The notes below the pieces were generated by a model. The model saw nothing but the letters and a program-made list of their open reading frames with translations, was not told the origin of the DNA and did not search any database. Shown here piece by piece: positions 59,451 through 64,000 of a DNA stretch of 64,000 nucleotides. Origin of the DNA: an uncultured Actinomycetota bacterium (lineage in GTDB: Bacteria; Actinomycetota; Acidimicrobiia; Spongiisociales; UBA5794); the NCBI GenBank assembly GCA_963700375.1, contig CAVOXF010000006.1:348021-412020 (forward strand), given 5' to 3'. The translations under genes and the position numbers were made by a program. Numbering within the stretch: position 1 is the stretch's first letter; every line of letters begins with the position of its first letter.

Positions 59451-60430
59451 GGGGCGCTCCTTCTCTTGGTTGGTGGATCGATGACCCGACCGGTGATCGT
59501 CTGCCACCAGTCGGTGTCCGGGATGAATCGTGTGGCGGGTCGGCCCGTAGCGTGCGTATCGGTCCGGTATACGAGGCCGGCGGCGGGCTCAGTGCGACGC
59601 CGCGCATCGGTCCAGCCTTCGGTCCCGGTCGTGACGTAGAGCCGGTTCATCTCAACGCCTCCGAAGGCGCAGCTCGTGGTTTGTTGGGCCGGAACGGGCA
59701 CGACGGCGCGCTGTGAACCATCCGGTGCATAGCGATTGACCCGTCCCCCTCCGTAGATGGCGATCCACAGGTCTCCGGCTGCGTCCACGGTCAATCCGTC
59801 TGGCGCCCCAAAATCGTCGGGCACGGTGATAAGAGCCGTTCCCCCGGAAATCGTGCCTCTGAAGGCGTCGAACTCGAAGGCGTAGACGATTCGAGGACCG
59901 CTATCCACCATGTACATGGTGCCGCCGTCGGGACTCCACCCTATGCCGTTGGGGATCGTCAGGCCGTCGAGTATCTGTTCCGTCTGACCGGTCGGGCCGA
60001 GGCGGTGGAGGGCGCCGCCTCCCGTGTGGTGATCATCCGCCATGGATCCGGCCCAGAAGCGGCCCTGAGGATCGCAGGCGCCATCGTTCATCCGTGCCCC
60101 GACTGGAGCCACCTCGACGATGGCCCGCAAGGGCCCGTCGGGAGCCAGATAGACGAAGCCTTGCCCGGCCGCGAGCAGCCAGCCGTCATCTCCCTCGATC
60201 GGCGCGATCGCACCTACCGTCCCGGGAACCTCGTACACACGGACAGGCGTCAGCCCGCCGTCATCATCAACCGTGTCCCGGTAGACCCGTCCAGCCAGGA
60301 TGTCTACCCGCAGCAGCTCCTGGCGGCGGTCGTCCCATCGCGCACCTTCGCCGAGGACGGTCTGGTGAGCCGTGCAGGCCACGACCGTGGCTTCCCCTTC
60401 TATCTCGAACGAGTCGTCCCGGACTGTCAT
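59447..60430 (-). CDS. SMP-30/gluconolactonase/LRE-like beta-propeller protein
   Basis: It has SGL-family repeats (NDGACDPQGRFWAGSM, PNGIGWSPDG, PDGLTVDAAGDLWIA). Confidence 0.75.
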   Translation of the reverse strand: MTVRDDSFEIEGEATVVACTAHQTVLGEGARWDDRRQELLRVDILAGRVYRDTVDDDGGLTPVRVYEVPGTVGAIAPIEGDDGWLLAAGQGFVYLAPDGPLRAIVEVAPVGARMNDGACDPQGRFWAGSMADDHHTGGGALHRLGPTGQTEQILDGLTIPNGIGWSPDGGTMYMVDSGPRIVYAFEFDAFRGTISGGTALITVPDDFGAPDGLTVDAAGDLWIAIYGGGRVNRYAPDGSQRAVVPVPAQQTTSCAFGGVEMNRLYVTTGTEGWTDARRRTEPAAGLVYRTDTHATGRPATRFIPDTDWWQTITGRVIDPPTKRRSAP

Positions 60431-60432
60431 CG

Positions 60433-61479
60433 TCAGCCTCCGAAGTCGACGACAACCTTGATGTCATCTGGGCCGCGCACCAGTGCGTCTTCAATATTCC
60501 CGGGCGGCACGCGCCGCGAGATCAGCCGCCCGAGCCAAGCCGGGTCAGCCACCGCGAGCGCTTCGGCTGCCCGGTAGAAGTGCCGCCGGTTGGCGTTGAC
60601 CGAGCCGACGATCACGTTGTTGCGAAGGACGAGAGCCGTCGCCACGTCGGCGGCCGGCAGTTCGGCCGATCGCCCACCGCTTCCCACGCCCGTCAGGCAG
60701 ACGACGCCGCCCGCAGCGACGTGTGCGATCGAATCCACAATCACCTGGCCCACCCCGGTGCACTCGATGATGGCGTCGGGTTCAAACCCAACGTCGGCGA
60801 CGGCCCCGGAGTGGAAAGTAGCGCCGAGATCGCGCACGAGTTCCGGCTTGACGCCTCCTGTGACGCGATCGAGAACGTGGACCTCGAGCCCGTGCTCGAC
60901 ACCGATGAGTGCAGCGAGCAGCCCGATCGGGCCTGCGCCGGTGACGAGTGCCCTCCGCGGATTCCAGAATGCACGCGCTCGCATGGCCGCGACTTGTTCC
61001 CAGGCCTTCACCACCACGGTCGTCGGCTCGAGGAGCACGCCGAGGGTTCCGAGGGCGGGGTCCACCTTCGTGAGAAAGCCCGGCTCGATCCGCCAGCGCT
61101 CGGACATGAACCCGTCGATCTCCTTGATGCCGCGTTCGGTGTAGCGCCCGTTTCGGCACATGTCCCATTCGCCGACTGCGCAGTTGGGGCAAGGTACGGG
61201 GTCGGGGCGCCGAACGATCCCGACGACGAGGTCGCCGCGCTCGACGCCGCTGTTGTGCCCTGGGTCCACGACCCGACCGAGCGACTCGTGGCCAAGTATC
61301 AGCCGATCCCGCCCAGGGGGCGCCCATCCGTAGTTGCCGGAAGCGATTTCCACGTCCGTGCCACAGATGCCGACGGCAACAGCCTCGACGAGGATCGATC
61401 CGTGGCTGTCGTCGGGTTCGGGTACCTCCTCGTAGCGCGCGGTCCCGGCCTGACCCGGCCGAACGGTTACGGCTCTCAT
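60433..61479 (-). CDS. Zinc-binding medium-chain dehydrogenase (glucose/sorbitol/threonine-DH-like)
   Basis: It has GICGTDVE and GHE zinc motifs and a GAGPIG Rossmann motif. The start at MRAVTVRPG overlaps the upstream stop with ATGA. Confidence 0.85.
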   Translation of the reverse strand: MRAVTVRPGQAGTARYEEVPEPDDSHGSILVEAVAVGICGTDVEIASGNYGWAPPGRDRLILGHESLGRVVDPGHNSGVERGDLVVGIVRRPDPVPCPNCAVGEWDMCRNGRYTERGIKEIDGFMSERWRIEPGFLTKVDPALGTLGVLLEPTTVVVKAWEQVAAMRARAFWNPRRALVTGAGPIGLLAALIGVEHGLEVHVLDRVTGGVKPELVRDLGATFHSGAVADVGFEPDAIIECTGVGQVIVDSIAHVAAGGVVCLTGVGSGGRSAELPAADVATALVLRNNVIVGSVNANRRHFYRAAEALAVADPAWLGRLISRRVPPGNIEDALVRGPDDIKVVVDFGG

Positions 61480-63203
61480 CGGGCGGCTCTCTCGCCCATT
61501 GGTGAGGGATTCTGTTCGCCGGTCATGAGGATCGCGTGCGAGAGCATCCCGCCGGAGCGGGTCTTGGCATCGAAACCGTGCTGGACCAGGAGGCGCGTCG
61601 CCGTGTAGGCGCGCTGCCCGGAGCGACACAGGACATGGATCTCTCGATCCTTCGGAAGCTCATCGAGCCGGGAACGCAGCTCACCGAGGGGGATATTCGT
61701 TGCACCCGGCACGTGTTCGACGGCCAGCTCGATCTCCTCTCGGATGTCGAGGATGAACTCTGTCTCGTTCTGCCCCCAATGGCTGATCGGCATGTCGCCC
61801 CGAAGAACGTCCGCGCCGATCATGCCCGCGAAGTTCACCGCGTCCTTGGCGCTGCCGTACGGCGGCGAATAGCACAACTCCGCCTCTTCGAGGTCGTAGA
61901 CCGTTGCGCCGAGCTGAATCGCCAAGGCAAGATCGCTGATGCGCTTGTCGACACCGTCGGGGCCTGCGGCCTGGGCACCGAGCAGCCGTCCATCCGAAGC
62001 GCGGAACAGGATCTTCATCGCGATCGGCGCCGCGCCCGGGTAGTAGCCGGCATGCGAATTCGGGTACAGGTAGACCTTCTCGAAATCGGTGTCACCCCGC
62101 CGGACGAGGGTCTTCTCGTTCACGCCGGTCCACGCGACCGCCGAACCGAAGAGGCCGATGATGGACGTTCCCTGGGTGCCGCGGAACCGAGAATCCCTTC
62201 CCGCGATCACATCGGCCGCGATTCGCCCCTGCCGGTTGGCAGGACCGGCGAGCGCCATGAGCGTCCACTCCCCGGTGAGAGCATCTCGCACCTCGACAAC
62301 GTCCCCGACGGCGAAGATGTCGGGGTTGCTGGTCCGCATGTGCTCGTCGACGCGGATGCCGCCACGATCGCCGATCTCGACCCCCGCGGCGTTGGCAAGC
62401 GTCGTGTCGGGCCGCACACCGAGGGCGAGAATCACCAGCTCTGCTTCGTACAGCGCCCCTGACCGTGTCGACACACGAAGGGATCCGCTTGCGGACTGCT
62501 CGAATCCGGCAACGCCATCGCCGAGCACAACCTTCACGCCGTGAATCTTGAGGAAGTCCTCGACGAGCCGTCCATACTCCTGATCGAGCGGTGTCAGCAA
62601 TTGGTCCGCCAACTCGAGGACGGTGACCTCGAAACCCCGCTGGGTGAGATTCTCAGCGGTCTCGAGACCGATGAAGCCACCTCCCACCACCACGGCCTTC
62701 TGTTTCGGCCGAACGGTCTGGAACCCCGAGTAGCGCTCCATCCCCGCGAGGAAGCTTGTTCCACCGTCGATCCATTCGCGGATCTCGCGGGCGTCAGGGA
62801 CCGTGCGGACCTGGAAGATGCCCGGCAGGTCGATGCCGGGCAACGGCGGATGGATCGATGCCGCTCCAGGAGAAAGCACGAGCTTGTCGTAGCTCTCCGT
62901 CGAGACGCTGCCGGAGGCAACGTCTCTCAATGTGACGTTCTTGTCGGCTGCCGAGATGTCGATGACCTCACAGCCCGTGCGGCAGTCGATCCCGAACTGT
63001 GTGCGGAACAACTCTTCGTTCGCCACCAGCAAATCCGAATCCTGCTCGATCACGCCTCCAATGCGGTAGGGCAACCCGCAATTGGCATATGACACGTATG
63101 GGCCGCGTTCGAGGAGGAGGATGTCCGCCTGCTCGTCCAATCGGCGCAACCGCGCCGCACACGATGCACCGCCCGCCACGCCACCAACAATTATGATTCT
63201 CAT
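61476..63203 (-). CDS. CoA-disulfide reductase fused to a C-terminal rhodanese domain (CoADR-RHD)
   Basis: It has an FAD motif IIIVGGVAGGASCA, a redox Cys in SYANCGLPY and an NADH motif VVVGGGFIGLE. A C-terminal rhodanese region has HVLCRSGQRA (the active Cys). Confidence 0.85.
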   Translation of the reverse strand: MRIIIVGGVAGGASCAARLRRLDEQADILLLERGPYVSYANCGLPYRIGGVIEQDSDLLVANEELFRTQFGIDCRTGCEVIDISAADKNVTLRDVASGSVSTESYDKLVLSPGAASIHPPLPGIDLPGIFQVRTVPDAREIREWIDGGTSFLAGMERYSGFQTVRPKQKAVVVGGGFIGLETAENLTQRGFEVTVLELADQLLTPLDQEYGRLVEDFLKIHGVKVVLGDGVAGFEQSASGSLRVSTRSGALYEAELVILALGVRPDTTLANAAGVEIGDRGGIRVDEHMRTSNPDIFAVGDVVEVRDALTGEWTLMALAGPANRQGRIAADVIAGRDSRFRGTQGTSIIGLFGSAVAWTGVNEKTLVRRGDTDFEKVYLYPNSHAGYYPGAAPIAMKILFRASDGRLLGAQAAGPDGVDKRISDLALAIQLGATVYDLEEAELCYSPPYGSAKDAVNFAGMIGADVLRGDMPISHWGQNETEFILDIREEIELAVEHVPGATNIPLGELRSRLDELPKDREIHVLCRSGQRAYTATRLLVQHGFDAKTRSGGMLSHAILMTGEQNPSPMGERAAR

Positions 63204-63617
63204 GCAGTCAAGTATCGCACCAGGTGGCGCCAACTCGCTCGTCCGGGCGGCACGCGGATGCACGGCCGCCAGACTTGCCGTCCGTGGCCACGGTAGTTGC
63301 TCCAAGGATCCGCGTTGGCGTTCCGCGCGGACTCCGGGGCCGATCCGCCCGATGCACCCGATGCCGACTCCGCTCACCGTCGCGTGCCAGCTCGCGTGAA
63401 ACCGTTGATGGTGCACGACCCAATCGGCGGCCGATCCCACACCTCGACCCGCTCCACCTCAGTGACCTACGCCACAACCACCTCCTCGATGAGACACCAC
63501 AACTCTCACCGAGTGTGTTGCGTCCACCCCCAGAGACCACAGCCGACATGGGCGGGACGAGGCTGGATGGAAGCTCCGGTACGCATATGATCCGCGAGCG
63601 AATGGAGGAGGAGAATC

Positions 63618-64000
63618 GTGTCGGAGTTGGTTGTTGTTACAGGTGCCCTTGGAAATGTTGGTGGAGGAGTCGTTGCGTCGCTCGCTGAACGAGGCGTCCC
63701 AGTCCGTGTGGCTGACATCAATGAGGGTGCCCTCGCAGAACGGTTCCCAGAGTGTGATCGTGCCTTTCTGGACTACACCGAGCCGTCGACATTTGATACG
63801 GTCGTGGCGGACGCTCGTCGAGTGTTCCTGATCCGGCCTCCCGCAATCTCCCGGGTGTCGAACACGATCAACCCGTTCATCGATGCGGCCCAGGAACACG
63901 GTGTCGAACACGTCGTGTTCTCGTCGGTTGCCGGAGCAGAGTCGAATCGGATCGTGCCCCACCATCGCATCGAGAAACACTTGATGGAGTCATCGATGGC
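63618..64000 (+). CDS. NmrA-like / NAD(P)H-binding family protein (5' partial, runs off window end)
   Basis: A GTG start is preceded by GGAGGAGGAG. Its N-terminus is VVVTGALGNVGGGVV. GC3 is only about 63%, well below the rest of the window. It is not in the ORF track because it has no in-window stop. Confidence 0.55.
   Translation, partial: MSELVVVTGALGNVGGGVVASLAERGVPVRVADINEGALAERFPECDRAFLDYTEPSTFDTVVADARRVFLIRPPAISRVSNTINPFIDAAQEHGVEHVVFSSVAGAESNRIVPHHRIEKHLMESSM

Overview
This 64-kb window comes from a high-GC (about 68-70%) actinobacterial chromosome. Nearly all genes lie on the minus strand, and many are linked by ATGA/GTGA/TTGA stop-start overlaps.

Gene content, from low to high coordinate:
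- The first ~17 kb is a conserved housekeeping block in the same order as the mycobacterial Rv1003-Rv1020 region: mfd, glpK, pth, rplY, prs, glmU, tRNA-Gln, ispE, ksgA, tatD, metG, rsmI.
- Next come an HExxH lipoprotein, glgC and a K+ channel.
- A five-gene Opp-type ABC importer follows, physically attached to a PfkB sugar kinase, a TrpF-like isomerase and a cytoplasmic sulfatase.
- Then tRNA-Ala, a translin-like gene, the Moco genes mogA-moaC-moeA, and plsY.
- Then a SAF-domain gene with uppP, a TPP enzyme, a thioredoxin-like protein, asnS, and a NYN-LOTUS protein.
- Then plsC, an alpha/beta hydrolase, a hairpin-rich intergenic region, a thioesterase, an S9 peptidase, a fadD-like ligase and an ABC-2 exporter.
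- Then a large adenylate cyclase-STAND ATPase-TPR gene, a degraded mobile-element scar, and an operon of CoA-disulfide reductase/rhodanese, Zn-ADH, gluconolactonase, GH63 hydrolase and debranching enzyme.
- The window ends with a partial NmrA-like gene.

Most notable observations:
1. The family-5 substrate-binding protein of the Opp importer appears circularly permuted (its canonical N-terminal ~100 residues are at the C-terminus) and also carries a frameshift.
2. The sulfatase / TrpF-like (no catalytic Cys) / PfkB kinase module fused to this importer suggests an undescribed uptake and catabolic locus, possibly for a sulfated sugar.
3. A 27-aa highly basic ORF resembling the actinobacterial ribosomal micro-protein bL37 lies exactly antisense to the 5' extension of a DUF192 gene.
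4. A cluster of perfect hairpins and nested inverted repeats (C-rich loops on the minus strand, 6C-RNA-like) sits between the thioesterase and hydrolase genes.
5. A tRNA-Arg(CCT) 5' fragment is followed by lower-GC DNA carrying an IS481-like transposase tail.
6. Four conserved genes are disrupted: three by single-base frameshifts in G/C-rich runs and one by an in-frame TAA. This suggests either sequencing error or real gene decay.

A caveat on coordinates: all calls rest on the ORF track and on hand reading of the sequence, so positions derived from my own indexing may be off by ±1-2 nt.
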